A DNA stretch of 64,000 nt from Kiritimatiellia bacterium (GCA_050949565.1 JBMNFY010000001.1:64001-128000), one strand, 5' to 3'; positions 9,918-20,491 are shown, numbered from the stretch's first letter. A program made the numbers and translations. The notes: a model not told the origin generated them from the letters alone.

Positions 9918-10517
9918 ATGGTCCCGCCGGTCGACAATCTGATCCGCGCACTGTCCAAACTTCCCGGACTGGGACGGCGGTCAGCGGAGCGCGCCGCGTT
10001 GGCTTTGCTGCGCAAACCCGAGCTGTTGCTGGACACTCTGGTGGCGGCTTTGCAGGAGGCGCGTGCCACGGTTTGTTGCTGTACGGTCTGCGGCGGGTTT
10101 ACAGCGCGTGAGCAGAATCCGTGCGGCCTCTGTGCCGATACTTCGCGCGACGGCACGTTGCTGTGCGTAGTGGAGGAACCCTCCGATATCTTTGCTATCG
10201 AGCGTTCCGGCGGCTATCGTGGGCGGTACCACGCGCTGATGGGTAAGCTCTCTCCCGCGCGGCAGACCGGTCCCGCCGACCTGCGTTTGCGTGCGCTCGT
10301 CGAACGCGTTGAGCGCGGTGGCGTGAAGGAAGTGCTGCTGGCTCTGAGCACTGATATGGAAGGCGACGCCACGGCGGGCTACATCAGTGAGCTGCTCGGA
10401 CCGCTGGGTGTGCGTGTGACGCGCCTCGCCTTTGGATTGCCCGCAGACAGCGGCGTGGGCTATTCCGATCCGCTGACGCTCAAGCGAGCCATCAGCGGCC
10501 GCATCGCGTGTAGCTGA
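9918..10517 (+). CDS. recR: recombination mediator RecR
   Basis: LPGLGRRSAER HhH, C4 zinc finger, CVVE, Toprim EGDATA. Confidence 0.97.
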   Translation: MVPPVDNLIRALSKLPGLGRRSAERAALALLRKPELLLDTLVAALQEARATVCCCTVCGGFTAREQNPCGLCADTSRDGTLLCVVEEPSDIFAIERSGGYRGRYHALMGKLSPARQTGPADLRLRALVERVERGGVKEVLLALSTDMEGDATAGYISELLGPLGVRVTRLAFGLPADSGVGYSDPLTLKRAISGRIACS

Positions 10518-10531
10518 CGGCCAGCAACTTA

Positions 10532-10660
10532 TTTAACGCAGAGACGCAGAGACGCAGAGGTTTTTTGAGGGGCGCTGCGGAGCGTGGCAACGTGCTCTAG
10601 ACAAACTAACGCGGGCGAAGCCCGCAACCCAATCATGTAAATCATGTAATCATGTCAAAA
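10532..10660 (+). repeat. intergenic repeat mosaic: (ACGCAGAG)x3 + TTTTTTG, small hairpin, (AATCATGT)x3
   Basis: 10532-10567, gcgggc-gaa-gcccgc at 10611-10625, and 10631-10660; mirrored at 49275-49460. Confidence 0.8.
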
Positions 10661-10678
10661 AATGGAATCGGGAGTCAC

Positions 10679-11413
10679 ATGGAATCGGATAGAGCGATAT
10701 CTGATACTTTGATGGACGTGCAGGCGCGCATCGCGGCGGCCTGTGCCAAGGCGGGCCGCAAGCCGGATGAGGTCGAGATCATCGGTGTCACCAAGACGCA
10801 CGGACCGGATGTGGTGCGTGAGGCGTGGGAGGCGGGCATCAGGCTTTTCGGCGAAAACAAGGTACAGGAGGCAGCTTGGAAGATCCCGGAGAGCATCAGT
10901 GGCCCGTCATGGCATCTGATCGGTCATCTGCAGCGCAACAAGGTGCGCCCCGCCTTGGAACTTTTTTCCGTCATCCACTCTGTGGATTCTGTGCCGCTGC
11001 TCGAACGACTTGAACGGATCGCCGACGAGTGTGGTCACCGTCCCGAGATTCTGCTGGAGGTCAATGTCTCGGGCGAATCGAGCAAGGAGGGGCTTAAGCC
11101 CGAACAGGTGCCCGAGGCGATCGAGTATGCGTTGCAATGCCGTTCGCTCACGCTGACCGGGTTGATGACAATGGCACCGTTCTGTCCCGATCCTGAGTTG
11201 GCGCGTCCGGTCTTCGCGCAGTTGCGCACATATCGCGACCGCTGGGAGCAGGAGTTCGCGATCGGCTTGCCGAATCTGTCGATGGGCATGAGCAACGATT
11301 ATGAGGTGGCGGTGGAAGAGGGCGCCACCTGGGTGCGGCTCGGCACCGTGCTCTTCGGCCACCGTCCTGCATGGCGCCCGCAACGCGAAGACACGGAGCG
11401 TTGGGAGCCGTGA
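10679..11413 (+). CDS. yggS: YggS/PLP homeostasis protein
   Basis: IIGVTKT, FGENKVQE, WHLIGHLQRNK, LSMGMSNDYEVAVEEGATWVRLGT; SD ggag before ATG 10679. Confidence 0.95.
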   Translation: MESDRAISDTLMDVQARIAAACAKAGRKPDEVEIIGVTKTHGPDVVREAWEAGIRLFGENKVQEAAWKIPESISGPSWHLIGHLQRNKVRPALELFSVIHSVDSVPLLERLERIADECGHRPEILLEVNVSGESSKEGLKPEQVPEAIEYALQCRSLTLTGLMTMAPFCPDPELARPVFAQLRTYRDRWEQEFAIGLPNLSMGMSNDYEVAVEEGATWVRLGTVLFGHRPAWRPQREDTERWEP

Positions 11414-11416
11414 CAG

Positions 11417-14400
11417 TCACCGCAGGGTAATGACCGATTCGGTGCCGCGCAACACGCGTAGGACGCCGGTGCCGGAAAAGCGGAGGGTGTCGATCACTTG
11501 TGCGCCGCTTGCGGCATCCGCGCTGTAGGTGCCGCGCCGCATCAAGGTGTTGCCGATGCGCAGTGTGCGCACGGTTTCTGTAACACCGGTATCGAGGTAG
11601 AGCTTGGCACCGCTGGCCGCAAGGGCCAGGTCGGCATCGTCCGAGATGCTGTCGCCACTGCCAAGCCGCAGGGTGCCGCCCGCGACCGTCACACGCGTGC
11701 TCTGGCCCAGACTGGCGGTTGCGTGGAGCCGCAAGGTGCCGGCCTGCACCGTGACGGCACCGGTGGCGGTCGTGTTGGTGCCTAGCAGGTAGAGTGTTCC
11801 AGCACCGGCCTTGACGAGGCTGACCGCTCCGCTGAAGCTCGCATCACAATAATAGGTGCTGCTGACCTGGTTAACCGTCAGCGTGGCGGGCGTCGCGCTG
11901 GTCACGGTACGGTTACCGGATGTGGTTAGTCCTCGTTTGAGTTGCGCGACCGTTTGATCGTTACCGTTCAGGTCCAGCGTGGCATCCAGATTGTAGGTTG
12001 CACCCATCGCGACAATACTGTTGGCAGGCAAGACGTTGGGAGCATCAAGCCGCACCGTCGCCCCGCCGATCTCCAGCGTGCTCCAGGTGTTACCTGTCAC
12101 GGCGATGGCGACGATGCCAGCACCGTGGGCACAGAGCTTCCGCGATCCCAAAAGTTGCGGTTGCTCCGCGAGCGCCACGCAGGCACCCAACTCGGGCGAG
12201 AGGACCAGATCGTAACTCGGAGAGACGGGCACTGTGAATAGGAACGAGCCGTCTTCTCGGGCACAGATGCGCACGGGGCCACTTTGCGTGATAGGGCCGC
12301 ACCAGCGGTTGGTGCCGCTGACACCGCAGAGCGTGCTTTCGGGATCTTCAAGGATCACGGGTTCCGCAACCGTGGTGTTTCCGCCCACTTCAAGGCACCC
12401 GCCGGCTTGAACGCGGGTTGGCGTGTCGGCGCTACCCAACCCGTACATGTGCGCAACACGCAACACGCTGTTCGATCGCACGATGATCTCGCCGCCATAG
12501 GCACGGTTGTCGCCGGCCAATGACAGCGTACCGATACCTTCTTTTTCGAGTGGCAGATTGGCACCGCCGTCGGAGAGCGTGCCCGTGACGACAATCATAG
12601 TCTGCGCTGCTCCCGCATTGGTCACACACCAGAGTTGGGGCACGGCCATCACGAGCGGTGCCTCGATCGTGTAGGTGTAGGGGAGATTGCCGGGCAGTGC
12701 GGCGCAGAGGCCATCCGTGCCGAGCATCAACGTGCCGCCGCCGGGGGCGATCGTGAAGTCGGCGGTGCGGTTGAGCAGGATGCCGCGGAAGTGGACGTTG
12801 GTGTTCACGACCGCGAGATGACCGCCGACGCCGAAAGCCAATCGGCGCGAACCGTCGTACAATTCCGGCAGATCGTCGTAATCCCAGTTGAACGGCGCGT
12901 TGATATCCGGGGTGGAAGCGCCGCCATCCCAGGCTGTGCTGTTGCCGAACGGAACCAATACCATGCCGGAGCCCGAGAAGTGCGTATCGTCTTTGTTGTC
13001 GGCCGGGCTGCTCGAAGAACCCCAGGTGCCCTGCCATTTGCGTCCGCCGTCCAGAACCAACTCGCCGACAGTTTCGACGCTGTCGGCCGGGAGTTGGAGT
13101 TTGCCGGGCGCACTGATGCTGAGGCGGGCTGTGTCGGCGATGACCGGCGTGGCGTAGAAGCGCAGTGTGCCGTTGCTGATGGTAAAGTCGCCGCTGGTTC
13201 CATGGCCGGCGGCGGTCAGGCCATAGGTACCGCTACCGGTTTTCGTCACGTTGACCGCGCCGTTGAAGACGCCGTCGAAATACATCGTGGAACCGCTGTG
13301 GTCGACCGTCAACGTGGCGGGCGTCGCGCTGGTCACGATACGGTTGCCCGGCGTGGTCAGGCCGCGTTTGAGTTGGGCGACCGTTTGGTCAAATCCGTTC
13401 AGGTCGAGGACGGCATCGAGGGCACCAGTCCTGCCCATTGCGACAACCGATCTAGGCGGAAGGGCGTTGGGGGCATCCGTGCGCACGGTGGTGCTGGCGA
13501 TCTCCAACGTGCCCCAAAGATTGTCGGATGCACCAAAGGCGACGGTGCCGCCGCCTTGCGCGATGATCTTGGATGAGGCACCGGCGGTGAGCGGAGCACC
13601 GGAGATGGCAATCTCCGCGTTGGGATCAGGCACGAGTGTGAGGCCGGACGGGGCTGTCACGCCGCCCGTGAAGGTCAGGCTGCTCGTATTGAGTGCACGC
13701 AGCGGGGATGCTGCCGAGGAGGTGACCGGTCCGCTCCATGTGTTTGTGCCGACAAGGGCGCGTACCGCGCCGTCCGGAGCATTGTTGGCAAGCGTCAGCG
13801 GTTCGGGCACGGCAAGGTCTCCGTCGAGTTCGATCCACGCGGGACCTTCCACCAGCGTGCCGCCTGTTGCGCTGCCGAAGGCATTGCTATGCCGCACCAA
13901 CACGGTACCGTCCGTGATACGCGTTGTGCCGCCGTACGTATTATCGCCAGCAAGGATCAGGTGTCCGTCACCGGCCTTGGTGAAACCAAAGGGTGTGTCG
14001 CCGTCTTGGACCGGTCCGCTGACGAGCAGGGTAGTGAGCCCTGCGCCGTTATTGGTCACGCCCCAAGTCTGGTCGGCCTCGAGTGTGATGTCGGCGGCAA
14101 CGGTGTAGAGGAGCGGCGTGTCGGTGTTCGGGTTGGCCGCTCGGATGCCGCCACCGCCGAGGATTAGTGAACCGCCACCGTCGATCAGCGTGAAAGGGTC
14201 ACGGCTGTGCAGGCTGATGCCGCTGACGCGCGCCTCGACGTTGACCTGCGCCACAGTGCCGCTGGAGGCGAAGTTCAGCGGCATGGTGCCGTCGAATGGC
14301 GGTGTCTGATCGAGATCCCAGTTCAGCCTCCACGAGAGATGCGGAACCAAACCTTCGGCATCCCAGACGGTACCCCAGGCTTCGAAGGTGCCGGGCGTCT

Positions 14401-17400
14401 CGAGTGTGGCGACCGACGACCAGGCGGACGGCCCGGCGGCGTTCACGGTGCGCACACGGTAGGCGTAGAGCGTGTTCGGCTGCGTGGTGTCGTCGGTGAT
14501 ATGGGTGGTGTCCGGCGGTAACGTTTGGAATGGCATGAAGTCGCCGCCGTTTACACTGCGCTCCAACACGTAGCCGGTTTCGTTGGTGGCGACGTCGGTC
14601 CAGTCCAACTGGATGCTGAAGAGGCGGCCCGGCGTGGCGGTGAAAAACGCTGGACGTAGCGGGGCTGAGTTGACGCAGGCAAATTCGAGCGTGGGCGGGG
14701 TGAGTGTCGCATGCTCGCGCGACGCCCAGTCGGTGGTGGCGCCGAGGTATTGATACAGCGCGATGGTGACGCGGTTGTCAGCGCCGCGGTTGTTGAAGAG
14801 CGTGGCGGCATCCAGCGGCATCCGGAGGATTTCACCGACAATGGGCAACCGTTCTTCGTATAGACCGCCGAGGCTGTGCGTGGTTCCGGTGAATCCGTAG
14901 GAGGCCGTGGCGTTCTGTGGGGCATTATTCCATGTGAGGGTCGTCTCGTCCCATGAGTCAGAGGAGTCGGCGAGTAGCACGGCGTCGATGTCAAAGTACC
15001 CGCTCTGCTCAAACAGCCGCGCCTCGACAAAGGTCATGGCCAATTGGGCGCTGACCGGGGTGGGAAGATCCGTGAGGTCGAAACGCAGATAGCTCTTGCA
15101 GGCGTTGCTGAGTACGGACCAGGAGTTGCCGTCGTAGTGGTAGAACCCGGCAACCGAGACAACATCGCCGGTGCCGAGCGGGACCGATGCTAAGTCACGC
15201 TGCACGGTTGCATCGGCACCGCCTGTATCGGCGGTGGTGACGGTGAGCAGGAGATAGGGCGGTGGCGTGGTGACGGTGACCGGTTCGCAAAATTCACTGC
15301 TGGCGGCGCTGTTGTAGGCGCGCACGCGGTAGGCCAGGGCGGTGTCCGCGCTGAGACCGGTGTCGGTATAAGTCTGGGTTGAGCCGTCAGTCGTCGCGAT
15401 GTCAGCGAGTTGGACAAAGGCCTCGCCTTCCATTCGCCGTTCGATCACATAGCCTGAAGCGCCGGACACACTCGCCCACGTCAGCGTGACGGCAGTCGGT
15501 GTGGGGGCGTTGGCGACTAAGTTGGTGGGAACTGCCGGCAGGGGCGGATCCGCAAATGTGACCGTAGAAGCGGAAGCAAGGTGGAAGTCATTCCTGTTGG
15601 ATGCAAGGTGGAATATGCCCCACAACGCGGTGTCGGGCATGCCACCGAGCGTGGCCGCGCCGAGCACAGTCCAGTCGGTGCCGTCTTTCGAGGCTTCAGC
15701 CGTGAAGCGCGGGCCGATACGGGTGAGCCGTAGCCAGCAGTCCAAATAGAGGCCGTTTGCGCTGCTGGGTATGGCGGATGCACTGCCGCCTGTTGTAGCG
15801 CGGTAGGCGAGCTTGCTGCCGAATACGGCAGTGGTGCCAGCCACTGCCGCCGCGCTGATGGCATTGTTGGCGGTCGAGGCGCGGATCATGACACAGACGC
15901 GGGCGCTGGAGTCGTGCGGAATGCCGGTTGGAAAATAGGCCGTGAGGCTGCCGTCGCCGCTGCGGCTCTGGTAGATGAAGCGTCCGTTGTCGGTGGAACC
16001 GGATGTGATGCCCGACCCGCCGATGAGGGTGCTGCTGAGGATGCCGTCGATCAGCACAGCCGGAGAGGAGTCCGTGACGCTGCCGACGATGGCTTGACTC
16101 CACGGCGCGCCGAGTGTGGCGGTCGGGTCTTCGATCAGGATCGAGGCCTTCCTATTCGCGGTCAGGCCGGTGCCGGCGGAGTTGCCGCTCAGCGCAAGCG
16201 TGAACTGGCGCGCGGGCTGGGGCGTGCCGGTATTGACGATGGGCACGGTGATGGACTTGGCGCCGACCGTGCCGTCCGGCCATGCGAGTGTGCCGTTGAC
16301 AGGTTGATAGTGGATACCGGCTTCGGCGGAGGTATTGGCGGTGGCATAGTTCACCGAACAAGGGCCGTTGACTCCGCCGAAACGCTCGGCGTCGAGCACG
16401 ACGTTGCCGGCGGTTTTGCTGACCTTCAGGCGGGTGCTGGGCAGGGTGAAATGTCCAGCAATCGCGACGAACGAGGCTTCAGTGGAGGCGGGCGAGTCAC
16501 CAGCGGTGTTTGTGGCAACCACGCGATAGGCGTAGGAGCTGCCGTGTGTGAAAGGACCGGGGTCGAGGTATGTGGTGGTGTCGGCGGCGACCGTCGCGAG
16601 CAGGCTGAAGGTGTCGGCAGCATCAACGCGGCGTTCAATGCGGAATCCGGTTTCGTTTGCGGCGGTGTCGCTCCATGTGAGCGTCGCCTGCACGGCGTTG
16701 CTGGGCATGACGGTCAGACCGGTGGGATTGGAGGGGATAGCGCTGGAGGCGGCGCGTGCGGTCAGGGTCAGCGCGGAGCCGACACTGAGGTTGTAGTAGG
16801 AACCACCGGGGGCGGACTCAAGCTTTAGCGTGCGCACGAGGTAGGTATAGGTCTCGTCAGCGGTCACGGTTGAATCGGTGTAGGTGGTGACCGTCAAAGG
16901 GTCTTCAGTCAATTGGGTAAAGGGGCCGGCAGGCGTGGGCGCGCGGTAGACGTGGTAGCCTTGCAGGGCGGGCTCGGACGAGGCGTTCCATGCGAGGGTG
17001 ACCTGCGAGTTGGCGCTGGTGGCGTGCAGGTGGCGCGGCGGCTCCACTGCATGCAGGCGCAGAGCGGGGTCGCCCATCAAACCGCAGTGTACGCCGGCGT
17101 AGGCGTTGGGTTGGTAGCGGACACTCCAGAAGTTAGCGTTATGCGAGACAAGAGTCGCGAAGCCGACGGTCTCGCCCATACCGAGGTGGTGCATGAAGCG
17201 ATTGGGGCGGCCACCCCAGAAGCAGGTCAGGCCGAGCGAATCGCCGGTGGCGTTGCCTGCCAGCGGCGCACGCAGCAACACGTTGTCGGCATCCCAGTCG
17301 CCGAAGTAACTGCCGAAAAGGCTGGTGAAGACCGCGCGGCTAGGATACAGACCGAAATCAGTCGTCGTGCCGATCGTACTGGCGCTTTCATAGCTGCCGC

Positions 17401-18547
17401 CACCGTTGCCATAGGCGACGAGATAGTCCTTGCCACCGGCGTAAGCATCTGCAAACCACTGGCCGCTCGGTGCTACGTCGATATCCTGTCCGACAGTGGT
17501 GAAAGCCCAACTCCATCCGGCGATGGCGAAGGCCTCGCCTCTGAAGTACCCGAATCCGTCGCGGATCAGGCTACGGCGCGGGATGGCGGCGTATGCGCCC
17601 TGTTTGTGCCGGTAGTCGTGCGCCTTGCGCAGGTAGCGCCGCAACAGGAGAAGCTCGGTGGCGGCGGTGGAGGGGGCCTTGGTCATGCTGTGCAGATCAA
17701 CGCGCCCGACCATCAGTTCCGTCGCACTGGGCAGATAGCTTTGGTCAAACTTGCCATCACCGGGGATGTTGACGTTGGCTGGACGCGAGGCACTGGTATT
17801 GCTTACCGAGGCGTCGGTCCAGATGCCGTCCATATCGGCGTAGTAACCATCGGCCGGCCAGGCGCCGACATGGTTGCTGTGGCCGTCCGGTCCGATATTG
17901 CCGGAGTAGGGGACCGGGACGTGGCCGAGCAGATAGACCATCTTGACTTGTTCGGGATCGGCATTGTAGGCCGACTGGATCAACGCTTTGACGGCGGCAG
18001 GTGTGCCGGCGCGCGGCGCGAGAAGGGACTGCACCGTCCAGCCGTCGGCGGCGAGATCGGCGGTGAGTTGTGCGATCTCCGGTGCCAACGGCGCGGCCAG
18101 TGTGTCATCGACGACCAGCAGCAGGGTGCCGCGCTGATGAACCTCGGGCACCTTCACGCCCGCGCTGAGGTAGCCGACCGCCGGAGAGGGCGAGAGACCG
18201 GCGAACGAGCGTTGCAACCAGTATTCGTATTCGATGCCCGGCACGGCGCTGCTGTCGGCATACGTGGTGGCATTGGAGGCAAGTGTTGCTTGGAGTTCCC
18301 AAGGCATCCCGCTGGCGTTTTTGAGACGCCGGTGGAGTTTTTGCGAGGCGATTTTGTTGGCCTGACGCAGCGACCAGGAGAGGGTGATGCAGGGCGCGGT
18401 GTCAGAGACCGTGGCGCGCAGGTCGATCGCGAAGTCACGCGGCGTTTGCGCGATGGTCGTCAAGGAGAGGGCCATGATACCGAAGAACCATGCGGCGGTA
18501 CGCATCTTTTTTGTCAAACATGAGAGCGCGGGCATGTGTGTCTTCAT
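11417..18547 (-). CDS. 2376-aa secreted multidomain protein: C25/gingipain-like N-terminal domain, FN3 repeats, Calx-beta, DNRLRE-like domain, autotransporter-associated beta-strand (PATR) repeats
   Basis: Signal peptide; YLLGHVPVPYSG; FN3 motifs (LTWSD..NETGFRIER, YAYRVRA); NYATANTSAEAGIHY; SYLRFDL...WDETTLTWNNAP; TKAGDGHLILAGDNTYGGTT; ends RGTESVITLR. Confidence 0.75.
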   Translation of the reverse strand: MKTHMPALSCLTKKMRTAAWFFGIMALSLTTIAQTPRDFAIDLRATVSDTAPCITLSWSLRQANKIASQKLHRRLKNASGMPWELQATLASNATTYADSSAVPGIEYEYWLQRSFAGLSPSPAVGYLSAGVKVPEVHQRGTLLLVVDDTLAAPLAPEIAQLTADLAADGWTVQSLLAPRAGTPAAVKALIQSAYNADPEQVKMVYLLGHVPVPYSGNIGPDGHSNHVGAWPADGYYADMDGIWTDASVSNTSASRPANVNIPGDGKFDQSYLPSATELMVGRVDLHSMTKAPSTAATELLLLRRYLRKAHDYRHKQGAYAAIPRRSLIRDGFGYFRGEAFAIAGWSWAFTTVGQDIDVAPSGQWFADAYAGGKDYLVAYGNGGGSYESASTIGTTTDFGLYPSRAVFTSLFGSYFGDWDADNVLLRAPLAGNATGDSLGLTCFWGGRPNRFMHHLGMGETVGFATLVSHNANFWSVRYQPNAYAGVHCGLMGDPALRLHAVEPPRHLHATSANSQVTLAWNASSEPALQGYHVYRAPTPAGPFTQLTEDPLTVTTYTDSTVTADETYTYLVRTLKLESAPGGSYYNLSVGSALTLTARAASSAIPSNPTGLTVMPSNAVQATLTWSDTAANETGFRIERRVDAADTFSLLATVAADTTTYLDPGPFTHGSSYAYRVVATNTAGDSPASTEASFVAIAGHFTLPSTRLKVSKTAGNVVLDAERFGGVNGPCSVNYATANTSAEAGIHYQPVNGTLAWPDGTVGAKSITVPIVNTGTPQPARQFTLALSGNSAGTGLTANRKASILIEDPTATLGAPWSQAIVGSVTDSSPAVLIDGILSSTLIGGSGITSGSTDNGRFIYQSRSGDGSLTAYFPTGIPHDSSARVCVMIRASTANNAISAAAVAGTTAVFGSKLAYRATTGGSASAIPSSANGLYLDCWLRLTRIGPRFTAEASKDGTDWTVLGAATLGGMPDTALWGIFHLASNRNDFHLASASTVTFADPPLPAVPTNLVANAPTPTAVTLTWASVSGASGYVIERRMEGEAFVQLADIATTDGSTQTYTDTGLSADTALAYRVRAYNSAASSEFCEPVTVTTPPPYLLLTVTTADTGGADATVQRDLASVPLGTGDVVSVAGFYHYDGNSWSVLSNACKSYLRFDLTDLPTPVSAQLAMTFVEARLFEQSGYFDIDAVLLADSSDSWDETTLTWNNAPQNATASYGFTGTTHSLGGLYEERLPIVGEILRMPLDAATLFNNRGADNRVTIALYQYLGATTDWASREHATLTPPTLEFACVNSAPLRPAFFTATPGRLFSIQLDWTDVATNETGYVLERSVNGGDFMPFQTLPPDTTHITDDTTQPNTLYAYRVRTVNAAGPSAWSSVATLETPGTFEAWGTVWDAEGLVPHLSWRLNWDLDQTPPFDGTMPLNFASSGTVAQVNVEARVSGISLHSRDPFTLIDGGGSLILGGGGIRAANPNTDTPLLYTVAADITLEADQTWGVTNNGAGLTTLLVSGPVQDGDTPFGFTKAGDGHLILAGDNTYGGTTRITDGTVLVRHSNAFGSATGGTLVEGPAWIELDGDLAVPEPLTLANNAPDGAVRALVGTNTWSGPVTSSAASPLRALNTSSLTFTGGVTAPSGLTLVPDPNAEIAISGAPLTAGASSKIIAQGGGTVAFGASDNLWGTLEIASTTVRTDAPNALPPRSVVAMGRTGALDAVLDLNGFDQTVAQLKRGLTTPGNRIVTSATPATLTVDHSGSTMYFDGVFNGAVNVTKTGSGTYGLTAAGHGTSGDFTISNGTLRFYATPVIADTARLSISAPGKLQLPADSVETVGELVLDGGRKWQGTWGSSSSPADNKDDTHFSGSGMVLVPFGNSTAWDGGASTPDINAPFNWDYDDLPELYDGSRRLAFGVGGHLAVVNTNVHFRGILLNRTADFTIAPGGGTLMLGTDGLCAALPGNLPYTYTIEAPLVMAVPQLWCVTNAGAAQTMIVVTGTLSDGGANLPLEKEGIGTLSLAGDNRAYGGEIIVRSNSVLRVAHMYGLGSADTPTRVQAGGCLEVGGNTTVAEPVILEDPESTLCGVSGTNRWCGPITQSGPVRICAREDGSFLFTVPVSPSYDLVLSPELGACVALAEQPQLLGSRKLCAHGAGIVAIAVTGNTWSTLEIGGATVRLDAPNVLPANSIVAMGATYNLDATLDLNGNDQTVAQLKRGLTTSGNRTVTSATPATLTVNQVSSTYYCDASFSGAVSLVKAGAGTLYLLGTNTTATGAVTVQAGTLRLHATASLGQSTRVTVAGGTLRLGSGDSISDDADLALAASGAKLYLDTGVTETVRTLRIGNTLMRRGTYSADAASGAQVIDTLRFSGTGVLRVLRGTESVITLR

Positions 18548-18585
18548 ACGGCAGTTTAGCGGCTGTGCCGCAGAGCGGCGTGGTT

Positions 18586-19305
18586 TTACATGGCTTTTAA
18601 CAGTTCAAGCTCAGCGTTCAGAAGAATGGCGTACATCTCTTCAGCGGTCGTGGCGGCGCGCAGATCGGGGAGCAGTTCAGTGCCATGCGCCAACATGCAG
18701 AGCCGAGCCAGGACGTGCAGATGCAAGACGTCGTCGGTACAACAGATCAAAAAGAAAAGATCGGTCTGCTCTCCGTCCTGCGCCCCGAAGAAAATCTGCT
18801 GCACGGTCTTGCCGAGCACAATAAAGGAGTCGGCGGCATAGTAGGGGTCGTGGTAGCGTGCGTGCAGAAAGGCGGCGCCGCCGCCGATCGCGGTGGAACT
18901 GACACTCTCGCGCTCTTCGATTTCGCGCTGCAAGGCGGCATCATCATAGAGCAGGTCCGTAGTGACCGCCAGGGCGACCATGTCACGGATCACGCCTGGC
19001 TTGGTTTTCGCGGACATCTCCGGGTCGATCCATTCGGGGCGGCAGAGGCGCTTGATGAGGATGTCATCCGAGTCCCTGTCCGTGCGCACTTCGGTCTCTT
19101 GGCGGTGATGCTCCGAGAGCATGCGGCTGCTGAGTCCCATAATCCTACGCTGTGCCCAGTCGTCGAGCACGCGGTGTTCGAAAACCACGTCATCGCCCTG
19201 CCGGATAAAGGGAATCTCGTCGCGCTGTACCAGATGGAACAGCTCGCGTTCCGAGATGCGGATGTGGCGTGCAGCCTGCCGCAAAGATAGTTTTCTGTGT
19301 GGCAT
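18586..19305 (-). CDS. HTH (excisionase-like)-PTS EIIA(Ntr)-like protein
   Basis: N-terminal LSLRQAARHI...EIPF HTH; ERESVSSTAIGGGAAFLHAR EIIA motif; HLHVLARL. Confidence 0.85.
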   Translation of the reverse strand: MPHRKLSLRQAARHIRISERELFHLVQRDEIPFIRQGDDVVFEHRVLDDWAQRRIMGLSSRMLSEHHRQETEVRTDRDSDDILIKRLCRPEWIDPEMSAKTKPGVIRDMVALAVTTDLLYDDAALQREIEERESVSSTAIGGGAAFLHARYHDPYYAADSFIVLGKTVQQIFFGAQDGEQTDLFFLICCTDDVLHLHVLARLCMLAHGTELLPDLRAATTAEEMYAILLNAELELLKAM

Positions 19306-19368
19306 GAGGACCCATTTTACCGGATTCAGTGTTGTGCGTCAAAGCGCATGTCTACAAAAACGTAATGG

Positions 19369-19420
19369 GTGGAAAATCTGCCGCGAGGTATGATACTCTG
19401 CCTCCACTGATGCGACTGAC
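19369..19420 (+). repeat. degenerate copy of the 3' end of the 20492-23195 gene
   Basis: aaaatctgccgcgaggtatg is identical at 19373-19392 and 23158-23177; similarity extends ~50 nt. Confidence 0.8.
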
Positions 19421-19444
19421 AATAGGCTCTGATGTGGATCGCTG

Positions 19445-19490
19445 GAATCGACGGGATCGAATGATTCGAATAAGTCGATTCTCTCGATTC
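19445..19490. repeat. 46-bp TCGA-based 9-mer quasi-palindromic element (copy 1)
   Basis: gaatcgacgggatcgaatgattcgaataagtcgattctctcgattc; near-identical copy at 51151-51196. Confidence 0.8.
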
Positions 19491-19509
19491 ATTTGAAGAG
19501 CCGCCTATA

Positions 19510-20415
19510 GTGATGAGGAGGAAAGAGGTGAATCTTAATCGCAGAGATTGTCTCCGAGGCATTTTTTTCACGACGCTTTCCGCTGCGGCGGGTTCGCAGC
19601 AGGCGGCGTTCGGCAAGCCCTCGGCGGGCGCGGCACTGCCTGCGCCGAAGGCCGGGACGTTTGATTTTGAGGCGGCTGCGTTCGACCCGAAAGGCGGGCA
19701 CATACAAGGTGCCGCGGCATCCGATGAGGCGCTCTATCTGGCGCAAATGACGCGGATATGCAAGTTTGACTGGAACGGGAAGATGCTCAAGACGCTCGAT
19801 GTGATCACCCACACAGGCGACGTCTGCTGGCATGATGGATGTCTGTACACGTCCGTTGCCGTCTACGGCGGGCCGAACAAGGGCAAGGGGATGATCCAAG
19901 TGTTCGACAAAAATCTCGATCTCCAGCGTGAGACGCTCATCGACCGGGGAACCGACGGGATCACGTTGTTGGACGGCACGCTCTATGTGGGCATGGGTGC
20001 CAAAACGCAACCCTCGAAAGAGCCGCACCGCGTGAATCTTTTCGGACGATTCGATCCGGTCTCGTTGAAAGAGACCGCGCCGCGTCAGGAGGTCGACTAC
20101 GGTTTTGAGACGCACTACGGCGCACAGAATATGCTGACGGACGGGAAGATACTCTACGTAAACTTTTACGGTGCGAAGGGGAGTCCGCCGTTCGTCGCGT
20201 TCGACAAAGATTTTAAGCCCCTGAAAACGTTCCGCTTCGGCACGGGGCAGGGAGCCGATTTTGTGCCCGCCGCGCGCGCGGCGGGCAAGGTGCGCGTGTT
20301 CACCATCCGGACGACCGGAAACTGGCGGGCGAAGGGCGATCAGCCAGCCGAGCCACCAGGCGCACGGATTCAGTTTTACGACTTCGACGGCGAGACATTT
20401 ACCGCCGTTAAGTGA
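19510..20415 (+). CDS. Tat-exported hypothetical protein (beta-propeller-like)
   Basis: NRRDCL twin-arginine motif; GGHIQG, HTGDVCWHDG, beta-rich. Start may be GTG at 19528. Confidence 0.55.
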   Translation: MMRRKEVNLNRRDCLRGIFFTTLSAAAGSQQAAFGKPSAGAALPAPKAGTFDFEAAAFDPKGGHIQGAAASDEALYLAQMTRICKFDWNGKMLKTLDVITHTGDVCWHDGCLYTSVAVYGGPNKGKGMIQVFDKNLDLQRETLIDRGTDGITLLDGTLYVGMGAKTQPSKEPHRVNLFGRFDPVSLKETAPRQEVDYGFETHYGAQNMLTDGKILYVNFYGAKGSPPFVAFDKDFKPLKTFRFGTGQGADFVPAARAAGKVRVFTIRTTGNWRAKGDQPAEPPGARIQFYDFDGETFTAVK

Positions 20416-20491
20416 GCGATAGGAAGCACGTCCGCATGATCGATCGGATCAATGGTGGCAGGTTTGATGAAACTTTAAATCAGGAGGAAAG

